A DNA stretch of 51,988 nt from sequence record SRR20825019_1182; one strand, 5' to 3'. Below are positions 10,001-18,618 of this stretch, piece by piece. The notes under the pieces were generated by a model. That model worked only from the letters and a program-made list of their open reading frames with translations. It did not search any database and was not told the DNA's origin. Each line of letters starts with the position of its first letter. Within the stretch, counting starts at the first letter, position 1. A program made the translations under genes and the position numbers.

Positions 10001-10591
10001 GTGGACCCCGTCTTTGACTGCGGTGATCTGATAGGCCGTGCTTTTGATGATCAGAACCGCAATGGGTATCACGATGCCGGTGAACCCGGACTTCCCGGTG
10101 TGCGCGTGGCTACCGTGAACGGTCTTCTGGTGACGACCGATGAGTTTGGTCGCTTTCATGTCGCCTGCGCGGCGCTTCCCGACAATCGCATCGGCTCCAA
10201 CTTCATCATGAAGCTGGATGAGCGGACCTTGCCGAGCGGCTACAGCGTCACCACCGAAAATCCGCGTGTTGTGCGGCTGACAGCAGGCAAGATGACCAAG
10301 CTGAACTTCGGTGCCTCAATCGGTCGGATTGTCAGTCTGGATCTGACTGACAGCTCCTTCATCGCCGATGAAACAGCACTGAAACCAGGCTGGTTGGCTG
10401 GTCTTGATCAGGTCATCAAAATTCTCGCGACGGAACCGTCGATCCTGAAAATCAATTATTACGGCGATCAGCTCGGCACGTTGGCACGCGAAAGATTGCG
10501 GGAGGTTTCCAGAGAAGTCCGGCGCCGTTGGGAGGTGGGCAGAGCGCCTTATCCCCTTGAAATCAGTACCCAGCTGGAGGCAGGCAAATGA
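4061..10591 (+). CDS. Giant surface protein/adhesin: signal peptide, N-terminal tip domain, ~14 DUF11-like Ig repeats, C-terminal SdrD-B-like module
   Basis: Signal-like segment RLAKVTRLLLAVITCAFFLGAGATLA; repeats of K..G(D/E).I.YT..V.N.GNVTLT.V...D...NTA; C-terminal GRAFDDQNRNGYHDAGEPGLPGVRV; exact start uncertain. Confidence 0.85.
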   Translation: MEPGRLTRQLMHSPAVNWSAALPVANGDENSSACHGPHESRAGVVVSRLAKVTRLLLAVITCAFFLGAGATLAAPGNPGVPSAPQVLFEEDFENVSSPTAFVMLPNYTGTSGTTYTADQPWLVSCNGILVAASQSSSDSQGVSACYGSGSWNGVRELALGIANFEGYTGSAAQARRSVAAFTAGDPGANRIEFATTTDVSIPAPPGGAQRFVSFQVVVGALSCHAAHPQLQFYLVDGQGNEVQAGSRIDGCGGKSSGGNYGRYASGGILFSGSSLGIIMRNQQGSGSGNDHAFDNIVVLDSTPQLDKAYANTSVPAGQTTNLVFTITNTSELGSKQGWAFEETLPAGLTVAGAPSNTCSASVSAISNSDKVVVTAGTINSNVASCTITVPVKASAGGTFTSMATSTTNLKAIRAPADAEVTFFELNLDVAKSGSLVDTNNNGRPDVGEKIGYTVTVSNNIGVNVTGVSVSDSLPGVTLSPASQDIPAGQSRAYTGEYVLQAADIDRGYVDNTASVSGTASGGSSVSGDGETTTTLQRVADFAVSKAAAAIPSPFSYGDQINYTVEITNTGNVTLSGVTPSDPFLDTGLTLVSPTGFSGSLPAGGTVVYSGAYTPSQAEINSGSYLNKATVTATPPSGVGPTISREGEEVTAIAADPSMAVSKVSKIIDANGNGVLDPNETINYTINIENTGNVTLTNVQPTDTLETSPPQTLPLTPGGPVSIEPGIVEEFTASYTPTQADIDAGTLDNRVSVAADGPGGPLSPVEQTETTTITSSGAFEVEKTATLSPSGATFAAGDRVNYQITVTNTGNTTLTIPANAVTDTLGNSQTLTVTPPASTTIPPGNSAVFTAFYDTLQADLDNLTLSNTADVTLNLPDSSTVSDTVTIDTAFPIAAVLDFEKLSIYQDIDGTPGPSVGDQIDYTLRAHNRGNVTLTNVLPSDPMLVAAGVSLTPSTAQTLAPGTSADFTATYDLVQADVDTGYVLNTASVTGVSPNGTTLSSEETNSTDSAGAVSIAMEKRGVLNDLNGNGFPDVNETIDYTVTVLNDGAASVTNVSASDETYPGLVFSPASVASLAPSATASFMASLTLTQAMIDAGSVTNTAKATATSTNAGAPTITATDQTSNTLVASPQYTFSKTSDYVTGVTPPYSAGDVINYTFTFENTGNVTLTNVSISDPKLDSGSLTPTSVPSIAPGGNQIFTGTHTVTQQDIDGGSLLNIATAEATPLAGGPSISKKSNGVSVSFAEASQLDVSKTVSFVGSASASNFNLGDKLIYTITVSNNGNTSITDIAVEDKIAGIVLQPDPSNTDPLLPGDTNTYTAEYTPTLADINVGTLVNEAVATAETVGKATAISASGQQTTNFTPNADLTVVKTATFDSGRLDPGDVIEFTVVATNTGNVTLTGVTVTDPMPGLVLSPVDPSFSGTLAPSDSIAYAGTYTLLVSDINSGQLSNTASASGDLPNGGGTIPAQPSNPAVVTFSSYPDMDVEKTSVLNDSKGNGLYDVLETIDYTVRVTNKGNVTLDGVLPTDTLQRNDGTTETLTLSPATAQSIGPGEYRDFTTSYQITQTDLDAGGIWNEATATGTPPAISGSPAITLADQTMPSVANNQPRLSATLNGVLDDANQNGVGDVGETVNFEMVVTNTGNSTLTNVRAEELLPGVTLTTSDPTTLAPGESLTFFGSYDLTIEDYESNALENTARALGDTGYGEAYTSDDALAIVSWNTPSVLIAEKTALLIDIDNSGTATAGDQIKYVITVTNDGGQSLTDVTPVDDGVVLPDDSAGTGTMSAFTPATASLEANENTEFTALYTISEQDFSIAVGDEVGITNTASAVAAAGLQVLTAAASSASVKIDAVQPGDISITKVAATPQIRRGEKAQFTITVINNTDHKVANINIRDRIPSGFRYVEGSASINGAVVEPLVYSRDVLFEDVSVDADSKTYIRLAMTALSTLEPGTYQNTAYATDRFGATLAPKAVAEITIMVDPVFDCGDLIGRAFDDQNRNGYHDAGEPGLPGVRVATVNGLLVTTDEFGRFHVACAALPDNRIGSNFIMKLDERTLPSGYSVTTENPRVVRLTAGKMTKLNFGASIGRIVSLDLTDSSFIADETALKPGWLAGLDQVIKILATEPSILKINYYGDQLGTLARERLREVSREVRRRWEVGRAPYPLEISTQLEAGK
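6131..7572 (+). repeat. Three identical 23-nt intragenic repeats GGCAATGTCACGCTGACGAATGT
   Basis: Copies at 6131-6153, 6845-6867 and 7550-7572, each encoding GNVTLTNV. Confidence 0.9.
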
Positions 10592-13500
10592 GCGTCTTCA
10601 AGGTGGCTGCCATGAGCCGGAAAAATGGTGCCTCGATCAGGTCTATTCTGAAAAACAGTGTGTTTGCAACGGGTCTCTGTGCGGCGGCCGTGGCTTCTCA
10701 GGCTTCTTCAGCCTATGCCGAGGAACCGGCGCAGTTCGCGATTTCGGTCGATGGTGAGCCGCTGGTCATCGACAATCTGCCCGCCGCTCAGGTTACCCCT
10801 GAAAAGCTGGAAGCAGTGAAAGCACGTGCAGAAAATCGCGCCAGAAGAACCGATGTGGATTTGAGCGCGGTGGATATTCAGGTGAAGTTCGACGGTCTCG
10901 ATACCGAGCCTGTTCTAAATGTGGTGACGGATGATGTCGAACGGTCTTTCGAGGCGGGCGACACAGTTAACTTCTACACTTCAAGTAACTATCCCGCATA
11001 TATTGAGCGGGCCGAAATCCGGGTTTTCGGAGAGGACGAAAACTTCACGCCTGAAAGCGTTCCCCTGGCCGTGGTGCCGGTTCTGATCAACTCTGGTGTT
11101 GAATGGGACGTGCCGGCTTTGCAAAATGCTGATGGTCCATTGACCTATGTCCTGCGTGTTTATGGCAAGAACGGCCTTTATGATGAAACGCGCTCGCGGT
11201 TGATCCGGCTGAAGGCTGCCGAGCAGCTTTCCGGCCAGTTGGATGATGATAACCTTGCCAACAGGATTTCCGCTGACGAAGCGCTCAGTGCAACGCAGAT
11301 TGGTGTTGGAAATATTCAGGGTGCGCTGGATATGTCGGAAGACTATGCATTGCGCCGGAATATTCCCATCGTTGGTGGCACAGTGACTGTCTATGGCCGC
11401 AGCGTACCCGATGGCTACACAGTGCGTACCCTCGGAGATGAGGTTGAGCTTGATGATGACGGTAACTTCGTCATTCAGCGCATTATTCCGAATGGCGATC
11501 AATCTGTTGATGTGCTGGTTGACAAGCCCGATGGCGGGCGGGCCGTCGAGTTTACCCGTGAAATCAATATTCCCGATAATGAATGGTTCTATATGGGGCT
11601 TGCCGATATTACCATCGGCCAGCGCACCGGATCGGAAAATATCGAGGAGGTGCGCAATGATGAGTATGACGAGGTCTACTCCAACGGGCGTGTGGCGTTT
11701 TATCTCAAAGGCAAGATCAAGGGTGAGTATATCCTGACTGCGGCCCTCGATACCGAGGAGGACGATCTTGCCAATCTGTTTCCCGGACTCGATGAACGGA
11801 ACGCGCGGCAATTGCTGAAAGAACTGAACGAGGATGACTATTATCCCGTTTATGGTGATGATTCCGTAGCAATCGATGATGCGCCGACCAGCGGAAAATT
11901 TTATGTGCGTTTGCAGCACAACGACAGCCACATCATGTGGGGTGATTACCGGGTTAAAATAGACGGAACCGAGCTGCAGCGGACGAATCGGGCGCTTTAC
12001 GGAGCCCAGGCGGTTTATCAGCCCGACAAGGCAACCTCTTTCGGTGCCCCGCAAACGAGGCTCCAGGTTTATGGTGCGCAACCCGACACGCTGACCGCTG
12101 TGGACCAGTTCCTGGGAACCGGTGGCTCAGTCTACTTCCTCAACCACTCAGACCTGACTGCGGACACCGAGACTCTGACCCTGGAAGTGCGGGACTCTGA
12201 TACCGGAGTCGTCCTTAGTTCTTCGACGCTAATTTATGGCGAAGACTATAATATCGATTATATTCAGGGTGTTATCATTCTGACAGACCCTTTGATGTCG
12301 CAGACGGGAACGAACTCGCCTGTGCGCTTTGGCGCCATCGGTGGCAATGACGTCTACCTCGTTGCAGAATATGATTACACGCCGATTGCCGAAGATATTG
12401 ACGGTTATGTCTATGGAGGCCGCGCCGAGCAGTGGTTGGGCGATCATGTGCGCGTTGGCGTCACTGGCTCTTCAGACAGTACCGGTGAGGGTGCAACAGA
12501 TGCCTATGGTGGTGATATCCGGCTGCGTTATTCCGACAACACCTTCCTCGATGCGGAGATTGCGACAACCAATGGTTCGCAAACCGGCCAGTCGATATCT
12601 ATGGATGGCGGGCTGACGCATACCGATCTGAACACGCGCAATATCGATAAATCTGCGCTGGGCTGGCGGCTGGCTGGCCAAGTCGATCTGGCGGATATCA
12701 GCGAAAATGCCGATGGTGTCATTCAGGGATACTTTGAGACAAAGCAAGCCGGTTTCACCTCATTGACGGAAGATCTCAATGCCCCGGAAACTCAATGGGG
12801 TATCAGCGCAGAAACCTCCATTTCGGATGCAATGGCACTCGCACTGTTCTACGACTATTATGACAGCGAGGGCTATTATAACGCTGATTCCAACTCGTTC
12901 GTGACAGGCAGCAGCAAGCAGCAGGGAGAGATGAACCTCACGCGGCAGTTCAATGAGCGCTGGTCGGTCTCGGCGGGTCTTGGCTACACGCTCGAACATC
13001 GGCCATCAGAAACCGCTACCAATGCCTATGGCACCAATGGTGAGCGCGTCGATCTCGGTGTTCGGGTAGAATACACCCTCGATGATGGCGAAAGTACTGT
13101 TTATGTGTTCGGGCAAACCACGGTTTACGAAGAAGGAAACATCGACCGTGGCGACCGGGCGGGCGTGGGCACAAGCTACCAGATTACCGAGACACTCGGC
13201 ATTGACGGAGAAATCTCATACGGCACCACTGGATGGGGCGGCCTTGCCGGTGCTTCCTACCAGCCGAATGAAACGGACCGCTATTATGTCAACTACGTTA
13301 TTGATCCGGACCGGGCCTATGACTGGAACCAGACTTACAATCTTTACGGTCAGGATCTTGGAACGGTTGTTGTCGGTGCCGAAAAGGAGATCAACGACAT
13401 GTGGTCGGTCTATGCCGAAAACAACTATGATCTCTACGGTGAGCGCAACACCATGTCACGCACCTATGGGGTCACGTTTTCACCCGATGCCGTATGGACC

Positions 13501-14352
13501 ATGGATGCAGCTTATGAAGGTGGCCAGGTTGACGATGACACCATTGATCCGGCAACCGGTCTGAAAAATTCAGATTTTGACCGAAATTCCTTTTCTCTAG
13601 CCTTCAATTATGATGATGACGAGGAAAATGGCGTTGTCGCCAGACTGCGTGGCGAGGCACGCTTTGAAGATTCCGAGGATGGCACCGGCGACATCAACAG
13701 CTATCTTGTTTCCGGTTTTTACAACTACCGGGCCAATGATGACTGGCGGCTTCTGACAAGCATTGATGCTGTGTTTGAAGACGCCGGACCAGACGCCACA
13801 CTCGCGATCAATGACTATATCGAAGCGGTTGCAGGCTGGGCCTATCGTCCTGCGGACAATGACCGTTTCAATGCGCTCTTCCGCTATAACTTTCTCTATG
13901 ACATGCCAAGCGCTGACAGCTACTACTATTCAGACAATAACGAACCAGGACAGCGCTCGCACATTCTGTCGGCGGATTTTATTTATGACCTCACCCCGCA
14001 ACTCAGCATTGGCGCCAAGTATGGCTTTCGCCTGAGCGAGATTAAACAACAGCTGAATGACCCGGAACTGGGTCGCTACTACTCCGGTTGGGAAAATGCC
14101 AATGCCCATCTCGGCGTTATCCGGGCCGATATTCATGTGGTCAAGAAGTGGGACTTCCTCACTGAAGGCAGGGTTCTCTATACGCCCACATCACAAACCA
14201 CCGATTTCGGAGCTCTGGCAGGCGTTTACCGGCATTTCGGAAATAACATCAAAGTCGGTGGTGGGTATAACTTCGGTAGCTTCTCCGATGATCTGCGTGA
14301 TCAGACCTATGATGACCGTGGTTGGTTTATCAATATCATCGGCAAGATCTGA
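10588..14352 (+). CDS. Large predicted outer-membrane beta-barrel protein with N-terminal soluble domains, partner of the repeat protein
   Basis: ATGA overlap with the upstream stop; signal peptide ending AYA|EE; long run of amphipathic, aromatic-rich beta-strands; C-terminus GWFINIIGKI; alternative start 10612. Confidence 0.8.
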   Translation: MSVFKVAAMSRKNGASIRSILKNSVFATGLCAAAVASQASSAYAEEPAQFAISVDGEPLVIDNLPAAQVTPEKLEAVKARAENRARRTDVDLSAVDIQVKFDGLDTEPVLNVVTDDVERSFEAGDTVNFYTSSNYPAYIERAEIRVFGEDENFTPESVPLAVVPVLINSGVEWDVPALQNADGPLTYVLRVYGKNGLYDETRSRLIRLKAAEQLSGQLDDDNLANRISADEALSATQIGVGNIQGALDMSEDYALRRNIPIVGGTVTVYGRSVPDGYTVRTLGDEVELDDDGNFVIQRIIPNGDQSVDVLVDKPDGGRAVEFTREINIPDNEWFYMGLADITIGQRTGSENIEEVRNDEYDEVYSNGRVAFYLKGKIKGEYILTAALDTEEDDLANLFPGLDERNARQLLKELNEDDYYPVYGDDSVAIDDAPTSGKFYVRLQHNDSHIMWGDYRVKIDGTELQRTNRALYGAQAVYQPDKATSFGAPQTRLQVYGAQPDTLTAVDQFLGTGGSVYFLNHSDLTADTETLTLEVRDSDTGVVLSSSTLIYGEDYNIDYIQGVIILTDPLMSQTGTNSPVRFGAIGGNDVYLVAEYDYTPIAEDIDGYVYGGRAEQWLGDHVRVGVTGSSDSTGEGATDAYGGDIRLRYSDNTFLDAEIATTNGSQTGQSISMDGGLTHTDLNTRNIDKSALGWRLAGQVDLADISENADGVIQGYFETKQAGFTSLTEDLNAPETQWGISAETSISDAMALALFYDYYDSEGYYNADSNSFVTGSSKQQGEMNLTRQFNERWSVSAGLGYTLEHRPSETATNAYGTNGERVDLGVRVEYTLDDGESTVYVFGQTTVYEEGNIDRGDRAGVGTSYQITETLGIDGEISYGTTGWGGLAGASYQPNETDRYYVNYVIDPDRAYDWNQTYNLYGQDLGTVVVGAEKEINDMWSVYAENNYDLYGERNTMSRTYGVTFSPDAVWTMDAAYEGGQVDDDTIDPATGLKNSDFDRNSFSLAFNYDDDEENGVVARLRGEARFEDSEDGTGDINSYLVSGFYNYRANDDWRLLTSIDAVFEDAGPDATLAINDYIEAVAGWAYRPADNDRFNALFRYNFLYDMPSADSYYYSDNNEPGQRSHILSADFIYDLTPQLSIGAKYGFRLSEIKQQLNDPELGRYYSGWENANAHLGVIRADIHVVKKWDFLTEGRVLYTPTSQTTDFGALAGVYRHFGNNIKVGGGYNFGSFSDDLRDQTYDDRGWFINIIGKI

Positions 14353-14525
14353 TGTCTGTGCGGTCTTGTTCGAAACCTTACGCTGGCCTGCCCGGATGCG
14401 GTTTCTCATCGTAAAGCCGCCGCGTGATCGACCAGAAACCTCCACATATTCCAGGCGACCGAGTTTTGCCATGCGGCCCTCCGTTCGGCGATGCTGCGTG
14501 GCGTTTTCGGGTTCCAATGTCGCGG

Positions 14526-15233
14526 TTACGAGGAAGTTCTGGCTGCCCACAATGCTCCGCGTCGTATGATTTCGGTGACCTGTGGGGTCTGGAGGTCTGC
14601 AAGTTCGTGACCGATCGAGCAGTAGAAGACACGGCCTTTGTCCCAGCGGCGTTTCCAGACAACGGGGATCACGGTTCCTTCGATCCACCAGAGGTGGTCG
14701 CCGGAAAAGGTTGTGGTCGCCAGCACCTCATTCGAAGGGTCGGTGAGCATGTAATATTGCTCGGAGCGCAACCGGAAGCTTTTGATGCCTTCAACGATCG
14801 GGTCGGATGGCCTGCAAATGGTGACGTCGTAGTCTATATAGTCCTCGCGCGGCTGAAGATTGTCCGGCCAGCCAGGCGGATGGGCAACGAACTGCCCGCC
14901 GATCAGAAAGTGATAGGTTGGACGGTCGCGAAATGCGTCGCCCATATGGCCGTGCCATCCGGCAATGCCGCAGCCCTCGCCAATCAGCTTCAGAAGACCG
15001 TCTTCCTGCGGTTTGGTCATGGTGCCGAACTCTTCCCGGTGGCCGGAGCGGGCAGAAGACCAGATCGGCGTGATGAGATCGACGCCGGAAAGTTCGTCCG
15101 GGCGTTCCAGCGGTTCCATTGTGTCATAAACATCGACGCTGAAGCCGTTTTTCTTCAGCAGGTCGGCATACCAGTCGGAAAATGCGCTCGGCGCGTGGCC
15201 TTCCCAGCCACCGACAAACAGGACCGCTTTCAT
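14526..15233 (-). CDS. ThuA-like domain protein (class I glutamine amidotransferase-like fold)
   Basis: GGWEGH, GWHG, GGQFVAHP, EQYY and GRVFYCSIGH motifs; overlaps the upstream gene by 4 nt. Confidence 0.8.
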   Translation of the reverse strand: MKAVLFVGGWEGHAPSAFSDWYADLLKKNGFSVDVYDTMEPLERPDELSGVDLITPIWSSARSGHREEFGTMTKPQEDGLLKLIGEGCGIAGWHGHMGDAFRDRPTYHFLIGGQFVAHPPGWPDNLQPREDYIDYDVTICRPSDPIVEGIKSFRLRSEQYYMLTDPSNEVLATTTFSGDHLWWIEGTVIPVVWKRRWDKGRVFYCSIGHELADLQTPQVTEIIRRGALWAARTSS

Positions 15234-16099
15234 GTCTTTTCCTTTCGCATGAAATTCAGGATGGAGGCCATGTCGCGAGCGCCGTAACCGGCGCTTTCGG
15301 CCTCTTTCAGCTTTTCGAGTGTCACCAGCCCCTGCGGTATTGCGGTTCCCAACTGGCGCGCAAGCTCGGCCGTAGCCGTCATGTCCTTGCGGGCGAGTGC
15401 GACCGTAAACGTCACCTCATGGGCGGCTTCATCGAGATAGAGCGGGCGGCGGTATTTCAGCATCGGGGCGGCAGCGGCGGAGGCCTCGATCACGTCGAAG
15501 GCCACCTCTGGCTTGATGCCCGCCGCCTCTGCCAGCGTCATCGCTTCGGCGAGCGTCTGGTTGATCCCGTGAATGAGTGAATTCACCGAGAGTTTCATCA
15601 CGGCGCCACGGCCCGGCTCCCCGAGAAAGATTGTCTGTTTGCCGAGGATGTCAAAGATCGGGGCAAGGGGGGGGCCGGTCGTCTCATCGCAACCGGCCAT
15701 GATCAGCAATGTGGCCTGCCGGGCGGCTTGTGTCGCACCGGAAACCGGTGCGTCGATCACCGTCGCGCCTTGAGGTGCGGCATCTGCGAGTTTTGCGATG
15801 TGGCCGGGACTCATCGTGCCCATCTCGATGAAAATGCATGCGCGGTTGCCGCTGAACAAACCATCATCGCCCAGATGAACACCTGCAGAGGCATCATCAT
15901 CGGCAAGCATGGTGATGACAATGTCGACTCTGTCTGCAAGCTGTCGCGGTGTTTGTACGGGTGACGCTCCGGTTTCCGCAGCAAAGCTGTCTGCCTTTGC
16001 AGCCGAACGATTCCAGACTGTCATGTCGTGGCCAGCGCGAACGAGATTGTGCGCCATGGCTTCACCCATCCGGCCAAGTCCTGCAAATCCGATCCGCAT
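15230..16099 (-). CDS. NAD(P)-dependent beta-hydroxyacid dehydrogenase (3-hydroxyisobutyrate/tartronate semialdehyde reductase family)
   Basis: GFAGLGRMG Rossmann motif, DAPVSG, catalytic Lys in MKLSVN. Confidence 0.9.
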   Translation of the reverse strand: MRIGFAGLGRMGEAMAHNLVRAGHDMTVWNRSAAKADSFAAETGASPVQTPRQLADRVDIVITMLADDDASAGVHLGDDGLFSGNRACIFIEMGTMSPGHIAKLADAAPQGATVIDAPVSGATQAARQATLLIMAGCDETTGPPLAPIFDILGKQTIFLGEPGRGAVMKLSVNSLIHGINQTLAEAMTLAEAAGIKPEVAFDVIEASAAAAPMLKYRRPLYLDEAAHEVTFTVALARKDMTATAELARQLGTAIPQGLVTLEKLKEAESAGYGARDMASILNFMRKEKT

Positions 16100-17610
16100 C
16101 AGCTTGCCTTTTCGGTTTCAAGGCCGGAAATCGCCTGGATAAGCTTGTCCTCGGAAACCTCTTCGGCTGTGAAGATGTTCGTGATCCGGCCACTGTACAT
16201 GGCAACGATCCGGTCGGAGACATGCAGTACCTCGGGCATTTCCGAACTGATGACGATGACCGCATAGCCCTGACGGGCGAGCGCCCGGATCAGGTTATGG
16301 ATCTCGGACTTCGAGCCGACATCAATCCCGCGCGTCGGTTCGTCGACAATCAGGATATCGGGATGCATGGAGAGCCATTTACCGATGACAATCTTTTGCT
16401 GGTTGCCGCCGGAAAGGTTGCCTGCCAGTTGCCGCCAGCCGGGTGTGCGGATATCCAGCTTGTCACGGTACTGATCAAAAATGGCGACTTCCGCGCCATC
16501 AGAGACAAATGGCCCGGCGGTAAGATCACCCACCTGTGGTAGGGTCATGTTATCCCGGCAGTTCATGCCGAGCACCAGCCCCTGGGTCTTGCGATCTTCC
16601 GGCACCAGCGAGATACCGTTCCTGATCGCGTCTTCCGGTGAATGCAGCCGGACCGGCTTGCCCTGTAGTAAAATCCGGCCGCCACTTGGCTCCCTGAGCC
16701 CGAAAAGTGTTTCCGCGATTTCGGTGCGGCCCGCACCGACAAGACCGTAGAAGCCAACGACCTCGCCCTTGCGGACGTCGAAGCTGATGTCCCGGTAGAG
16801 ACCATTGCAGGAGAGGTTTTCGACCGAAAGGGCAACCTCACCCAACTCCGTTTGCTCGTGATTGCGGGTCAGATCGAGCTTGCGCCCGATCATCAACTGA
16901 GTGATTTCGTCTTCGTCGGTCTCTGCGGTGATCAGCGTGCCCCGGCATTCACCATCGCGCAGAACGGTGATGCGGTCGGTGATGCTGAAGATTTCTTCCA
17001 TACGGTGGGAAATGTAGATGATCCCGACACCGCGCGTTTTCAGATCGGCAATCACATCGAAAAGCACGACCTTTTCCGCGTCTGTCAGGGATGCGGTGGG
17101 TTCGTCGAAGATCACGGCTTTTGCTTCGACGGTCAGTGCGCGGGCAATCTCCACCATCTGCTGATTGGCAATGGAAAGAACGCCGACGCGGGTTGTCGGT
17201 GTGAAGCCTGCCTTCAGCTTATCGAGAATGGACTGTGTTTTTGCATACAGCGTCGTCCAATCGACGATGCCGAACTGCTTCAGCGGCAACGCACCGAGAT
17301 AGATGTTTTCCGCGACGGTCAGTTCCTGTGCCAGGCTCAGTTCCTGATGGATGAAGACCACGCCCTTCGACTTTGCCTGCAGCGGCGAGGTCATGACGGT
17401 GGGGATCTCGTCGATCAGTATCCGCCCTTCATTGGGCTGATGAATGCCGCCGAGCACCTTCATCAGCGTCGACTTGCCCGCGCCGTTTTCGCCGACAAGG
17501 GCGTGAACCTCGCCCGGCCGGATTTCGAGCGACACGCCATCCAGCGCACGAACACCCGGAAAGGTCTTGACGATATTGTCCAGTCGTAGTGCTGGTTTGA
17601 TATCACTCAT
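16099..17610 (-). CDS. Sugar ABC transporter ATP-binding protein (RbsA/MglA type)
   Basis: GENGAGKST Walker A, DEPT twice, LSGGNQQK signature. Confidence 0.95.
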   Translation of the reverse strand: MSDIKPALRLDNIVKTFPGVRALDGVSLEIRPGEVHALVGENGAGKSTLMKVLGGIHQPNEGRILIDEIPTVMTSPLQAKSKGVVFIHQELSLAQELTVAENIYLGALPLKQFGIVDWTTLYAKTQSILDKLKAGFTPTTRVGVLSIANQQMVEIARALTVEAKAVIFDEPTASLTDAEKVVLFDVIADLKTRGVGIIYISHRMEEIFSITDRITVLRDGECRGTLITAETDEDEITQLMIGRKLDLTRNHEQTELGEVALSVENLSCNGLYRDISFDVRKGEVVGFYGLVGAGRTEIAETLFGLREPSGGRILLQGKPVRLHSPEDAIRNGISLVPEDRKTQGLVLGMNCRDNMTLPQVGDLTAGPFVSDGAEVAIFDQYRDKLDIRTPGWRQLAGNLSGGNQQKIVIGKWLSMHPDILIVDEPTRGIDVGSKSEIHNLIRALARQGYAVIVISSEMPEVLHVSDRIVAMYSGRITNIFTAEEVSEDKLIQAISGLETEKAS

Positions 17611-18608
17611 ATCCTGAGCTCCCCTCTGCCTTTGCGGTTCAGTTGACGGTCGAGAAACAGAACGGCGATCAGAATGAGGCCGATGACCAGATTGACCGTT
17701 TCGGTATCAGCGCCAATATAGCCGAGACCCTTGCGCAGCAGCTGGATGGCGATGACGCCACCGAAAGTGGAAAGGATCGATCCCGAGCCGCCTGCAAGCT
17801 TGGTGCCGCCGAGAACAACGGCGGTGATGGCCCATAATTCGTAAAGCTCACCGTCATTGGGGTTGACCGAGCCGCTTTCGGAATAAAACACCACCGCGCT
17901 CAGTGCTGCGAGAAAGCCGATCAGGATGAAATTGCGCAGGAAATGCGGGCCGACCCGAATACCGGCATTGATCGCCGCTTCGCGATTGTCGCCGATGGCA
18001 TAAGCGTTGCGACCATGTACCGTCTTTGTCATCACCAGCCAGATGATGGCGGTGACGGCGAGGAAAAACCAGCTGGCCGTATGGATCCCGAGAAACTGTG
18101 CTTCGGCGAAGTCAACCAGGCTCCAGTTCAGATGCGAGGTCGGGTTCTCGCCGTTATACATGAACACCAGACCGCGATAACCGAGCATGGCGCCAAGCGT
18201 GACGATGAAGGCATCGACGCCGGTCTTCCAGACGATCAGCCCGTTCAGTCCACCCAGAATCGCGCCGGTCAGAAGTGCCAGCGCCCAGGAAACCGGGATC
18301 ACCCAGTCGCCGAGCCCGGAAAAGACAGACCAGGTCATCGAATCCAGCATAACGATCCCGGCGAGTGCGAAGGTCGCGCCGACGGACAGGTCGATATTGC
18401 CGTTGATCATGATCACTGTCATGCCGATGGCGATGATGCCGATCGGTGCCGACTGCTTGAGCAGCAGCAGCATATTGTCGAAGCCCATAAAAGCGGTGTC
18501 GGAAAGTGAGAGAAAATGCCCCGCGACCGAAAAGAAGATCAGTTCGACGAGGATAAAACCCCAGATCGCGCCCTGTTTGATGTATTTGGTATAGCTTTGG
18601 CTGGTCAT
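17607..18608 (-). CDS. Sugar ABC transporter permease (RbsC type)
   Basis: GNIDLSVG, GRNAYAIGDNREAA and AVVLGG motifs; start MTSQ at 18608 after GAGGGGG. Confidence 0.9.
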   Translation of the reverse strand: MTSQSYTKYIKQGAIWGFILVELIFFSVAGHFLSLSDTAFMGFDNMLLLLKQSAPIGIIAIGMTVIMINGNIDLSVGATFALAGIVMLDSMTWSVFSGLGDWVIPVSWALALLTGAILGGLNGLIVWKTGVDAFIVTLGAMLGYRGLVFMYNGENPTSHLNWSLVDFAEAQFLGIHTASWFFLAVTAIIWLVMTKTVHGRNAYAIGDNREAAINAGIRVGPHFLRNFILIGFLAALSAVVFYSESGSVNPNDGELYELWAITAVVLGGTKLAGGSGSILSTFGGVIAIQLLRKGLGYIGADTETVNLVIGLILIAVLFLDRQLNRKGRGELRI

Positions 18609-18618
18609 GATCACCCCC

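Noticed and set aside
10981-12081. 366-aa minus-strand ORF
   Set aside because: Antisense shadow of the beta-barrel gene; no motifs
14424-15287. 287-aa plus-strand ORF
   Set aside because: Antisense to the well-supported ThuA-like gene
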